Assembly (NCBI GenBank): GCA_012799725.1
Contig: JAAZKR010000074.1
Span: 1 to 49,229, forward strand
Direction: 5' to 3'
Source: Oligosphaeraceae bacterium
Lineage (GTDB): Bacteria; Verrucomicrobiota; Lentisphaeria; Oligosphaerales; Oligosphaeraceae
Length of the DNA: 49,229 nt
Shown here piece by piece: positions 27,953 to 36,902 of the stretch. The notes beneath the pieces were generated by a model. The model was not told where the DNA came from. It searched no databases and was given only the letters and a program-made list of their open reading frames with translations. The number at the start of each line of letters is the position of its first letter. The first letter of the stretch is position 1. The position numbers and the translations under genes were made by a program.

Positions 27953-28696
27953 TTATTGTTTCCCCACACCTGTGATCCCGAGCACCAGAACAACATTTCC
28001 ATCTGTGGGAAGATACTTCAGTCCGAGAGTTTGTATTAGCCCCTTCGAGGTATATTTACGATATAGACCGCTTCCGACATCAGCATAATCTTGCCATTTA
28101 ACAATTGCCGCATGGCCGTCCAGAAAGGAAAAAATGAAATTGTTTCTGTGAAGGATAATGGGATGAGTTTTATCATTGCCGCTGTTATGCATTGGTGGCC
28201 ATGGTCCCCCTTGATATCCAGTGCCAGCGTAATTCAAGGTCGAAGCATCCCCGGTCAATGGATAAAATCCTGGCTTCGGTATAATTTTATCTCTCAACAC
28301 AAAAGGATAGCTACCAGAATTGATGAAGTCTCCACTCTTGAAAAAACCATAAACCTTACTTGTTCCATGCGGGCCTGAATCGTCGTTCTTGATGAACCGC
28401 CGCTGTTCCGGACAAACAAGAACATTTTTTGATATGCCTTCTGACATCAATCCTGCTTGATAGAGCGCATAGTTCCAAAACAGGGAGGAAGAATGCTGCA
28501 TCTTAACAAATCCGCCAGCATCTAGAGAATACATGAGGAGCATTTGCGCGACTTGTTTCTGATTGCTGAGGCAGGTAGCAGCACGTGCACGCGAACGCGC
28601 ATTTTGCAATGCCGGGAGCAACATTGACGCCAAAATCGCTATGATCGCAATTACTACCAGCAGCTCAATCAATGTAAAAGATTTCTTCATGTTCAT
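27953..28696 (-). CDS. DUF1559-type pseudopilin-like protein
   Basis: 247 aa. The N-terminus is M(NM)[45 protein letters not shown]. The canonical H-X9-DG motif is [13 protein letters not shown]. It lies 51 nt upstream of the giant ORF on the same strand. Confidence 0.85.
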   Translation of the reverse strand: MNMKKSFTLIELLVVIAIIAILASMLLPALQNARSRARAATCLSNQKQVAQMLLMYSLDAGGFVKMQHSSSLFWNYALYQAGLMSEGISKNVLVCPEQRRFIKNDDSGPHGTSKVYGFFKSGDFINSGSYPFVLRDKIIPKPGFYPLTGDASTLNYAGTGYQGGPWPPMHNSGNDKTHPIILHRNNFIFSFLDGHAAIVKWQDYADVGSGLYRKYTSKGLIQTLGLKYLPTDGNVVLVLGITGVGKQ

Positions 28697-29086
28697 GATC
28701 TTTCTCCTTTGGTTTCAAAACAACATTCACAACCAATCATTTCATTTAAGAACAGACGAATATGTGTCAGGAGTCACACCCAAGCTGGTTGTTCCGGAAT
28801 TTTCACATTGCATTCTTCGCTATTCTTCTGGTGTTAGGTGCTATTTTTTGCCTGTATATTCCAGAATACTATCAATTCTGAAATTTAGAACATATGGTTT
28901 ATTTTAAACTTACTTTTTTTTCACTATATCTACAAGTGCAATATTGATGCAAAAAGGGTAATTTTGTAACATTTTTCGCAACGCCAAGCAATTCCAAGGC
29001 TTAACCCTAAAAAAAGCAGTTGAGTTTTCCCCTTGCCCGGCAATCATCATTCCCCTCTCCATTTTTATGACGTACCAGAAGGCGCC

Positions 29087-29110
29087 AATCTGAGTAAATC
29101 TGCGGATAAA
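29087..29110 (-). repeat. GCAGAT-word repeat, 24/24 identical (reverse complement) to 9978-10001
   Basis: The reverse complement of aatctgagtaaatctgcggataaa is tttatccgcagatttactcagatt, which is identical to 9978-10001. Confidence 0.8.
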
Positions 29111-29375
29111 ATAAAAATCTTTCATAAACAAGAAAAAATCGAGCAATGGTAGCACGGAAAACACCCTGTCACCAACAGGGCGAACAGCATAAATCTTGCA
29201 ACTGTCTGAGAATAAAGCCATTAAGACAAAAACTTGGCTTTGGCTGTTTTTTTAGCTTAGCTTGACTTTAAACAAAATGCGATATGATTTTTACAACCGC
29301 TCAAAATGCTTTATCGTAATTTAGGGGATATACAGTCCATACCAGACGAGGTTTCCTGAATTTAGGAGATAACTC

Positions 29376-30206
29376 ATGTTGTTTACAGCAAAATACCGAT
29401 ATAATGTTTCTTTACCGCATGAAAATCTATATAGGCCGGAAACCGTTTTGATTAATTCTCCGCTGCATGTGCGTTCTTGTGGGCACTATCGTACGGCAAA
29501 GGGCTGGCGGGATAGAGCGATTGCCAAGGATTTTCTGCAACTGTACTGGGGTGTAGCCGGTAGCGGTCTCTTTCGGGCGGAAGGGAGGGAATTCATTCTC
29601 AAGCCTAATACGGTATTTTTTTTCCTGCCGGGAGATGTTCATGATATCACTGCACTGGAGGATGGCTTCGAATACCAGTGGATTGCTTTCGATGGCGATA
29701 ACCTCGATAATACCATCATACAATTTAACATCAAGCACGAAGTGAGATATGCAGGTAAGGCTCCGCTGGAAATTTTTGAAGAAGCCCGTAACAATCTGTG
29801 CAACTTCTCCCGACACGGCGAGTACCTCGCCTCCGCTAACGGGTTTACTCTGCTTTCCATGGCTTTTGCCGGTGCCACTCTGCAAGGTTCGGTTTTTGAG
29901 CGGTTCCTCAGGTATATACGAAAGCATTATGCAGATTCAAGTCTGACGATAGAGGCAATTGCCAATGCCTTAAAAATCAACCGGATAACCCTGTTACGTG
30001 CTGTTATCAAGGCAAGTGGCATGTCTCCCAAAAAATATCTTGATATGTTGCGTTTGCGGGAAGCGCTCTCGTTGTTACGTGAATCAAACTTCAGCATCAA
30101 GGAGATAGCGGCCTATACAGGTTTTTCTGGCAGCAATTATTTTGCCAAATTCATCCTTAAAAAAACCGGGGAATCGCCTTCTTTTCATCGGACAAGCCGG
30201 GACTGA
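29376..30206 (+). CDS. AraC-family transcriptional regulator
   Basis: 276 aa with an AGGAG Shine-Dalgarno sequence at 29364-29368. The C-terminal HTH pair includes LTIEAIANALKINRITLLRAV and IKEIAAYTGFSGSNYFAKFILKKTGESP. Confidence 0.85.
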   Translation: MLFTAKYRYNVSLPHENLYRPETVLINSPLHVRSCGHYRTAKGWRDRAIAKDFLQLYWGVAGSGLFRAEGREFILKPNTVFFFLPGDVHDITALEDGFEYQWIAFDGDNLDNTIIQFNIKHEVRYAGKAPLEIFEEARNNLCNFSRHGEYLASANGFTLLSMAFAGATLQGSVFERFLRYIRKHYADSSLTIEAIANALKINRITLLRAVIKASGMSPKKYLDMLRLREALSLLRESNFSIKEIAAYTGFSGSNYFAKFILKKTGESPSFHRTSRD

Positions 30207-30260
30207 TGTGTGACAGGATTTTTTCAGTCGGATCAGCGCTTATATCCCAGCCGGCTACTT

Positions 30261-31592
30261 TTATTGGATGTGCCGGCTTTTCATTGCTTGTTTGGCTGCG
30301 CCGGATGCCGCTTCTTCGGGCATTTGCGAAATCTGAAGCGGCAGGCCGAATTCCTGCTCGATGGCGAACTGTATGCTTTTCACCAGTCGCACTGCATTTC
30401 CGGAGCCAATGACCACTTTTCTTGTGCGCAGCAAATCAACCGGGAATGGGCGCATCAGATTACGAACGATTCCGACAGCCAGAGCAGCGGCAAGTTTTCC
30501 GGGTGTAGTATTGTTTAATGTCAATCCGCACACTGTGCCACGCAACGCGGAGTCGTGACGTTCGCCGAGAAAATGTGGCAACACCACAAGTTCTGTTTTT
30601 TCTGTCTGAAGTTCCTCGAGTGCAAGTTCATCTAAACGATCCAGCAACTCATGCCTAGGCAATTCCGCATCGCCCAGATCACGCCGAAAGTTGTTGATCG
30701 TGTCAGCCAGCCAGGCAAAAGCTGAGCCGCCGCAGAGCGGTGCGGACACCAGAAGAAAGCGTCCACCGGGAAATGGGCGGATTTCCAGCTCCGCCGGGAT
30801 ATTTGCCGGCATGGAGTCAACAACTGCTGAAAGTTGCGCTCCTGTGCCGAGAGTCAGATACAATTCCTGTTTGACATCGCATCCAGTACCGAGTACCGAT
30901 GCCTGATTGTCACCGATCGCATTGACCACTGGAATCCCCGCCGCAAGGCCGTATTTCGTGCTTGCTTCTGCTGACATCCGCCCGGCTACGGAACCGGAGG
31001 CGCGGATGGATGGCAGGATGGCATTCGGGATGGACAGTTTTGCCAGCGCGTCAAAGGCCCAGTCGTTCCGGGTATAATCATAGATACCCCAGCTTGCCGC
31101 GTGAGTGGGGTCCGTCAGTATGACATTATTGCCGGTCAGTTCCGCAACCAACATATCACTGATCGTTGCGGCTTGCATGGTATCATCAAGCCGTCCTTCT
31201 GCGGCCAGCCTTGCCAAGGTCAAGCCGCCGAAGCCCTCGTGGAGTGACAATCCTGAAACACGGTTGAACTCGCTGATCATCTCTTGGCCGCAACGGCAAT
31301 CCTGCCACGTGACCAGTGGCGACAATCCCTTTTTGCCACGGATCATAAGCGAGTGCATTTGTCCGGTAATGCCTACTGCGCCGACCTCCTGACGAACCTG
31401 TTGCGGAAGTTCCTCGAGCAAATTCCGGACACAATCGAATATCTTTCCGGCATCCTGTTCGGCGGCGCCGGGCACTGCCGTTTCGAGTTTGCCATGGTGT
31501 ACTCGGCTGACAACTTTCTCTACCGTTCCAGCTTCGTTGATAACCACCACCGCAACTTTTGTTGTGCCTAAGTCGATTCCAATCGTTTTCAT
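30261..31592 (-). CDS. FGGY-family carbohydrate kinase (sedoheptulokinase/xylulokinase-like)
   Basis: 443 aa. The N-terminal actin-fold phosphate-1 motif is MKTIGIDLGTTKVAVVV. The motifs GITGQMHS and LTLGTGAQL and a C-terminal VIGSGNA segment are present. The start lies 3 nt after the activase stop. Confidence 0.8.
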   Translation of the reverse strand: MKTIGIDLGTTKVAVVVINEAGTVEKVVSRVHHGKLETAVPGAAEQDAGKIFDCVRNLLEELPQQVRQEVGAVGITGQMHSLMIRGKKGLSPLVTWQDCRCGQEMISEFNRVSGLSLHEGFGGLTLARLAAEGRLDDTMQAATISDMLVAELTGNNVILTDPTHAASWGIYDYTRNDWAFDALAKLSIPNAILPSIRASGSVAGRMSAEASTKYGLAAGIPVVNAIGDNQASVLGTGCDVKQELYLTLGTGAQLSAVVDSMPANIPAELEIRPFPGGRFLLVSAPLCGGSAFAWLADTINNFRRDLGDAELPRHELLDRLDELALEELQTEKTELVVLPHFLGERHDSALRGTVCGLTLNNTTPGKLAAALAVGIVRNLMRPFPVDLLRTRKVVIGSGNAVRLVKSIQFAIEQEFGLPLQISQMPEEAASGAAKQAMKSRHIQ

Positions 31593-31595
31593 TTT

Positions 31596-32366
31596 TCACC
31601 CAAAACAGACAGCATTGATATGATCTTTGCGCAAACGCACAACAAATTGTTCCAGGTTTTCACGCGGCGGCGGTTGGACATCGCGGCAGGCCGACTCTCG
31701 TCCCAGCGCCATATATTTGGGCTCGGCAAGGTGATGTTGCCGCAATAGTTCCACATGAAGTTCTTCTTGCGGCCTGAGTGAGAGCAGTTCGAGCAGAAAT
31801 TCGTGCAGCTTCTGTTGCGCCGGGAGATCGTCGTTAAGCCCCGAAACAACCGGAATCCGCACTGTGAAAGAAGGCTGATGCTGGGCTGCGAAACGCAGAT
31901 TATCTTTGCAAAGCTCCAGTAAAGCGACATTCGGTGAAACGCGTTGCCTGAAACGCTCCAGCTCAAGGGTCTTCAGATCGGCATAGAGAAAATCGACCAT
32001 CATTGCCGCGTCGCGGAAACCGGGAGTAGATGCGTTGCTCTCCATGGCAGTATGGATTTTGGCCTCCCGCAACAATCGGAGCGCCTCGAGCAATTCCGCG
32101 ATCTGCAAGGTTGGTTCTCCGCCGCCGAAAGTCACTCCATTGATGAAAGAGCGCGCTTTCCGGGCCTTGCGGACAATTTCCCCGACGGTGATTTCATGCC
32201 CCACCGTTATGGTGCGTTCCGGGTAGCGGAGAATTTCCGGCTGCGGCGAGATGCTTTCCGGCGCTCCACACCAGTCGCAACGAAAATTACACCCTTTGAG
32301 ATAAAAAATAAGCCGGGTGCCGGGGCCATCATAATTATCACTATAGCCGGAATCAAAAATGATCAT
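31596..32366 (-). CDS. Glycyl-radical enzyme activating protein (radical SAM, short PflA-like form)
   Basis: The ORF track extends to 32549, but that start overlaps the regulator gene. The ATG at 32366 overlaps the regulator stop (ATGA). The product MIIFDSGYSDNYDGPGTRLIFYLKGCNFRCDWCGAPE carries the CX3CX2C cluster motif and the SAM-binding segment FGGGEPTLQ. There is no second Cys-rich ferredoxin-like insert. Confidence 0.85.
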   Translation of the reverse strand: MIIFDSGYSDNYDGPGTRLIFYLKGCNFRCDWCGAPESISPQPEILRYPERTITVGHEITVGEIVRKARKARSFINGVTFGGGEPTLQIAELLEALRLLREAKIHTAMESNASTPGFRDAAMMVDFLYADLKTLELERFRQRVSPNVALLELCKDNLRFAAQHQPSFTVRIPVVSGLNDDLPAQQKLHEFLLELLSLRPQEELHVELLRQHHLAEPKYMALGRESACRDVQPPPRENLEQFVVRLRKDHINAVCFG

Positions 32367-33313
32367 GCAAAGGGGTCCTGTGCCAGAAAACGATATTGCC
32401 GCGCTTTCCAGTTCTCCCCCAAACGGCGTTGATCGCCCAGGGATTTGAAGCATCCTTTTGCCAATTCGTCCATAGGCTGACGGTAGCTGATGATTCCTTT
32501 CGCTCTGCTCTCCGGGAGTCCATCGATACTGAAAACCGGAACCCCACACTCTGCGAACATCAGTGCGGTTGGATCATTGACTGCGAAAATAGCACTGTGT
32601 TCGGGGAAAATTTCGGGCAGTTCAGTTGAAAAATCAATGCCGTGCGCGGCACATTCCTTGCGGCAGCATTGCAGCCGTTCATGGTTGCTGTCAATATCCA
32701 ATCCCGTTGGATCGACAAAGTAAACTCTGCGAATCCCGCGCTCTTTGGCTTTTTCAAAAAGTGCGCGCATGGCGCCGGCATTGTCTAAACAGACATAATC
32801 GGCAATTTTGCCTGGGTTGATCCGGTCAAAAAAGACCATATTGACCCCGAGAATGCGCAACCGGAAAAACAATTCGAGATCCAGTGTCCGGTCAATTCCC
32901 CAGACCACCATGTCACGGATGCCATGCAAAGCCAGCCGAATGACTGCTTCATTCTGCTGTTGCCCGGAACTGCCCGGTTCCAGCACGGTGATCACATCGC
33001 GTTTGGCGGCCTCATTGCAGAGCGTGCTCAAAAAACTGCGGACAAAATGATCCTCGATCGGCAATATCGCAGCGATCTTGGAGATTTTGCCTTCTGACGC
33101 AGCTAATTTTGTATTGACGATGCTGCCAACTTTCTGCTTGCGCAGGATGGCGTGATTGTCCACCAGTTTGGCGAAGGCGCGCCTGATCGTAGTGCGGCTG
33201 GCGCCAAACCGTTGCATGGCCTCATTTTCAGTCAGAAATCTCTGACCCGGCAAAAAACGTCCTTTGAGGATATCCTTAAACAAAGACTGGTAAATTTTTT
33301 CCGTAAGTTGCAT
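32363..33313 (-). CDS. AraR-like chimeric regulator (GntR-type winged HTH + LacI/periplasmic-binding-protein-like sugar-binding domain)
   Basis: Start chosen at ATG 33313 (MQLTEKIYQSLFKDILKGRFLPGQRFLTENEAMQRFGASRTTIRRAFAKLV, a GntR HTH), which avoids overlap with the GRE gene. The C-terminal roughly 240 aa have a Peripla_BP-like alternating beta-alpha pattern. Confidence 0.8.
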   Translation of the reverse strand: MQLTEKIYQSLFKDILKGRFLPGQRFLTENEAMQRFGASRTTIRRAFAKLVDNHAILRKQKVGSIVNTKLAASEGKISKIAAILPIEDHFVRSFLSTLCNEAAKRDVITVLEPGSSGQQQNEAVIRLALHGIRDMVVWGIDRTLDLELFFRLRILGVNMVFFDRINPGKIADYVCLDNAGAMRALFEKAKERGIRRVYFVDPTGLDIDSNHERLQCCRKECAAHGIDFSTELPEIFPEHSAIFAVNDPTALMFAECGVPVFSIDGLPESRAKGIISYRQPMDELAKGCFKSLGDQRRLGENWKARQYRFLAQDPFA

Positions 33314-33335
33314 ATAACGATGACATTTTTCAGGA

Positions 33336-35663
33336 TCAGCTCGCTCGCTCGTCGGCATCCAGCCTGGCAATAATGTCGTTCTGGATGGCGGGTGACAAAT
33401 CCAGAAAATTGACAAACGTGCCGTGGATACGCATGATGTAAATACCCCCGGGAGCGTATTTCTTGGGATTTTCCAACACCTTGCGTAAATTCACTTTGGA
33501 ATCGATATTAAAATAAACGTAGAATGGGGTATTGTCCAACTCCTCTTTGTAGCCAAAAAGCGGCTTGATGATTTTTTCGGTGAAAATCACCATTTTTTCA
33601 TCGGTATTTTTGCCATTGCGGAAGACTTGCGGGGAGATTCCCAGATGTGCGGCATAGCCACCAAGAAAGTCGCTGTAATCAAGTTTTCTTTCACTCAAAA
33701 GCATATCTATCCTGCCGCCCATGGCATTTTCAGGTCTTGGGTCGATGCCGTAGCCGAGCATTTCACGCGCGGCTCTGCCGTCTGGCGTGGCGCCGACATG
33801 GTATCCATACAACAGATGAGTGCTTGGCGTCGAGAAGTCCGGCAGGAACGGGTTTCCGGCTGGATTGCGCAATGCATGCACTTTGGCGCTGGTCATTCTG
33901 GCGATTCGGACCGCCACGGAATCCGGTTCATCGAGGTCATTGCCGTATTTTGGCTGTTTTTTCAGGTATTCTCGCAAGTCTGCTGCTCCGGCGAAATTCT
34001 TTTGCAGAGCATCAAGCAGTTCTGCTGCGAACCCCTTCCGTTCTGCCATGCCATGCTTGACGGCGACGAGAGAATCTGCAACCACGCTCAAGCCGTGAAT
34101 CAAGCAGCCGCTGGCATGGTAGGTCACGCCGGGGTGTTTTACATCCCGCATGTCGCGTCCGGTTTTCAGTCCTTCCATCAATGCGGAAGTGAAAGGAACC
34201 GGCATAAGGGCAATCGCTTCTGTACAACCGTTCGCCGCCTTTTCCATTTTTACAAGAATCTTATCCAGCTGCTTAAAGAATGCCGTTTCCAGATCAGCGA
34301 GCAGCTCATCCAGTCCGGCATAGCCAAGTTCAGCATAGCCGCAGGCAAGTTTCGCTCCGGAGAGCAGGGAGCGTCCGTCGTTGATGGTCAGCTCGAGTAC
34401 CTTGGCAAGGTTGAGCCAGCTGTTGGTAGTATTGGCGCTTTCGCGTCCCATAATAAGCGGTTCTTGGCAGCCGGCAATGGAGTAATCCGGCCAATCTGCT
34501 TCAGCAATCTTTTTGCGTTCGAGCACCCGGAAGACCATGTCGTCATTAAAGAATGACGGCGTGGAATGTCCGGGCGTGAAGAAGAAACGTCCCATTGCCT
34601 GATAGAGGGTCTCTGGCGTATTGCGGTGTAGTTTGACCGATAGCGCCGGCTGAGGATTGTTGGACAGGAAGAACGCATCCAGCACAATGTAGGTCATCTC
34701 TGTGGTCAGATCATTGCCGGCGACATCGCGTCCGCCGACCATAATATTCTGCGAGATCGCCCAGCAACGTTCTCCAACCATCAGAAAGGCCAGAAAGGCG
34801 CGCACAAGCTGCACTGCTTCATCATGGCTGGTATCCAACAAATAGGGCTGCAAGATGCGGTCCAGGTTCCCGACTGAAAAAGCATAGGGGTTTGGTGCCT
34901 GTTCCAAAGTCATTGCCTGCCAGAGCAATGCGGCGCTTTGTACGGCTTCATGCAAATTCGTTGCTCCATGGGAGGGGACGCGGCGGCAGCTTTTGACGAT
35001 CTGAGCAAGCCGAAAAACTTCTTCAGGTTGATCGGCGCGTTCCTTCATGAGCTGCTCGGCGAGGTCTGCATAGCGCATAGCCAGAATTTCTGCGGCGGCA
35101 AGCGCTGCATGGATATGAGCGGCTTCAGGAATGAATTTCTGACCTTTGATGCCATCCTTCAGGATTGGGCGCAAATCGGGAATCGTGTGCCCGGTGACCG
35201 GCTCAACAAAAAAGGCGACTTCTTCAGTCAGCTTGCCGGTTTCGGCATAGACTTTCTGCAACGCCTTGACATAGGGGGTGTTTTTATAATAACTGCGGAC
35301 TTTCTCGATGCGTTGCTGCGGAAAAGTATCATCCGGCGTAAGGTCATCATAGATGGCAACCGGATCACAGTAGCCGGCGAAAGTTTCAACCCTGAATGCC
35401 GGGTTAATCAGTGCATAGCTGGGACTGAAAGCGTCATCCTGAGTCCCGGCAATCACACTGCCGGGTGGAATCGACAAGCGCATACGCTCGATACAACGAC
35501 AAAGAATCGCCGCTTGCACTTCCTCTGCATCAGGATCAGCAAACTCCTGACGCACATGCATCTTAATCTCCTGAAATTCAAACCACCCGGTCATCCGTTG
35601 CTGTGAAAATTTGTACTCGAGCAACTGTTGAATACCCTTGGAAAAAATATCGCTTCTATCCAT
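33336..35663 (-). CDS. Glycyl radical enzyme, PFL2/eliminase-like, substrate unknown
   Basis: 775 aa from ATG 35663, which is preceded by AAAGGGG. The ORF-track start at 35693 is a TTG. GRE blocks are present: FSVGNLDRILQPYL, NIMVGGRDVAGNDLTTEMTY, PALSVKLHRNTP, FFNDD, the Cys loop YSIAGCQEPLIMG, GATPDGR, and the C-terminal glycine loop IMRIHGTFVNF. Confidence 0.9.
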   Translation of the reverse strand: MDRSDIFSKGIQQLLEYKFSQQRMTGWFEFQEIKMHVRQEFADPDAEEVQAAILCRCIERMRLSIPPGSVIAGTQDDAFSPSYALINPAFRVETFAGYCDPVAIYDDLTPDDTFPQQRIEKVRSYYKNTPYVKALQKVYAETGKLTEEVAFFVEPVTGHTIPDLRPILKDGIKGQKFIPEAAHIHAALAAAEILAMRYADLAEQLMKERADQPEEVFRLAQIVKSCRRVPSHGATNLHEAVQSAALLWQAMTLEQAPNPYAFSVGNLDRILQPYLLDTSHDEAVQLVRAFLAFLMVGERCWAISQNIMVGGRDVAGNDLTTEMTYIVLDAFFLSNNPQPALSVKLHRNTPETLYQAMGRFFFTPGHSTPSFFNDDMVFRVLERKKIAEADWPDYSIAGCQEPLIMGRESANTTNSWLNLAKVLELTINDGRSLLSGAKLACGYAELGYAGLDELLADLETAFFKQLDKILVKMEKAANGCTEAIALMPVPFTSALMEGLKTGRDMRDVKHPGVTYHASGCLIHGLSVVADSLVAVKHGMAERKGFAAELLDALQKNFAGAADLREYLKKQPKYGNDLDEPDSVAVRIARMTSAKVHALRNPAGNPFLPDFSTPSTHLLYGYHVGATPDGRAAREMLGYGIDPRPENAMGGRIDMLLSERKLDYSDFLGGYAAHLGISPQVFRNGKNTDEKMVIFTEKIIKPLFGYKEELDNTPFYVYFNIDSKVNLRKVLENPKKYAPGGIYIMRIHGTFVNFLDLSPAIQNDIIARLDADERAS

Positions 35664-35786
35664 CTTAAACCCCTTTTTGCAGCTAGTATCCAAAATATTT
35701 CAAAACCGGCCCTTGCATCTTTTAATTGTCATATTATACTATACCATAAGACAAATAAAAAGCAAGGGGCAAATCAGAGATAAATC
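35664..35786. promoter_or_regulatory. Divergent promoter/operator region between the GRE operon and the PMI-GH2 operon
   Basis: This is a 123-nt AT-rich spacer between divergently oriented starts. A 7-bp inverted repeat, cccttgc (35710-35716) and gcaaggg (35762-35768), flanks an AT-rich core. No experimentally known operator was recognised. Confidence 0.4.
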
Positions 35787-36875
35787 ATGTCCGGAGCGGT
35801 GAAATTTTTACCAAATCGGGTCTGGCGGGTCTACCGTGGCGGCAGCGGTATTGACCGGTTGCGTTCGGCTACATTTGCAGCTGATGGGCACTTTCCTGAG
35901 GATTGGATTGCGTCAACCACTCCTGCCAACAATCCGCAATATGAATCTGCGGATCAAGGTTTCAGCCGCATTGCATCTTCTGACGGCGCCATGCTTTTCC
36001 GTGATTATCTTGAGTCGGCTCCCGAATATGCTCTTGGTGCAGCTCACCATCGCCAGTTCGGCTGCAATCCGGCTTTTCTGATGAAAATCCTTGATTCTGC
36101 TGAACGTCTGCCGATTCAAGTGCATCCGACTTTGCCGGATGCACGACGCTTTTTCAACAGTGATTTTGGGAAAACCGAGGCATGGTATGTTGTTGCCACC
36201 CGTACAGTTAATGGAGAGGAGCCATGCCTGTTTATGGGGTTCAATGAAGAGTTGGACGAGCAGCTTTTCCGGCGCGAGGCGCTGAGCGGGAATTTCTCTG
36301 AAGGGAGTAATATGCTGCACAGGCTTAACGTGCGTCCGGGCGACTGTTATCTTGTTCCTGGCGGGCTGCCGCATGCCATCGGGAGCGGAGTTACTCTTAT
36401 CGAAATCATGGAACCGAGCGACTTGGTCGTTCAACCGGAACGATACTGTGGAAAGCAGCCTTTGTCAGATGCTGAACGCTGGAGCAACGCAGAACCCGAA
36501 GATGCCTTATGCTGCTTTGATTACAAAGCCGAGACTGAAGCGGAGGTGAGAAAACGCTGCACACCGCCGATCAAAAAGCTGGATGATTCCCTTTCAATTA
36601 TCATTCCCAGAGAAAGCGCCCAATATTTCGAGGTCCAGAAACTCGTCTGCAATGGCAATTACCATCTTGTCAATCGCGAAAAATGTCACCGGGCCGGTGT
36701 TGTCGTTTCCGGTGCTCTGACATTGAAAGACTGCCGTGGCGGCGAACTTGAACTGAACTGCGGAGATGCATTTTTTCTGCCATTCGCAATGCCAGAATGC
36801 GAATTTACCGGAACCGGTGAAGTGATCTTCGCCCTGCCGCCTGCTCTCAAAGAAACAGCGCCGCCTTTACCATAA
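35787..36875 (+). CDS. manA: Class I mannose-6-phosphate isomerase (cupin)
   Basis: 362 aa. The zinc/active-site blocks of type I PMI are present: LPIQVHPTLPDA, GKTEAWYVV and VPGGLPHAIGSGVTLIEIMEPSD. Confidence 0.8.
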   Translation: MSGAVKFLPNRVWRVYRGGSGIDRLRSATFAADGHFPEDWIASTTPANNPQYESADQGFSRIASSDGAMLFRDYLESAPEYALGAAHHRQFGCNPAFLMKILDSAERLPIQVHPTLPDARRFFNSDFGKTEAWYVVATRTVNGEEPCLFMGFNEELDEQLFRREALSGNFSEGSNMLHRLNVRPGDCYLVPGGLPHAIGSGVTLIEIMEPSDLVVQPERYCGKQPLSDAERWSNAEPEDALCCFDYKAETEAEVRKRCTPPIKKLDDSLSIIIPRESAQYFEVQKLVCNGNYHLVNREKCHRAGVVVSGALTLKDCRGGELELNCGDAFFLPFAMPECEFTGTGEVIFALPPALKETAPPLP

Positions 36876-36902
36876 GAGCACGAAGATAAAAGGGATACTG
36901 AA

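Noticed and set aside
32367-32549. N-terminal extension of the activase ORF (track start 32549)
   Set aside because: It overlaps the 3' end of the regulator gene. The internal ATG at 32366 produces the typical activase N-terminus (DGPGTR...GCNFRCDWC) and a classic ATGA coupling with the regulator stop.
35664-35693. Upstream start of the GRE ORF at 35693
   Set aside because: That codon is TTG with no Shine-Dalgarno sequence. The ATG at 35663 is preceded by AAAGGGG at appropriate spacing.
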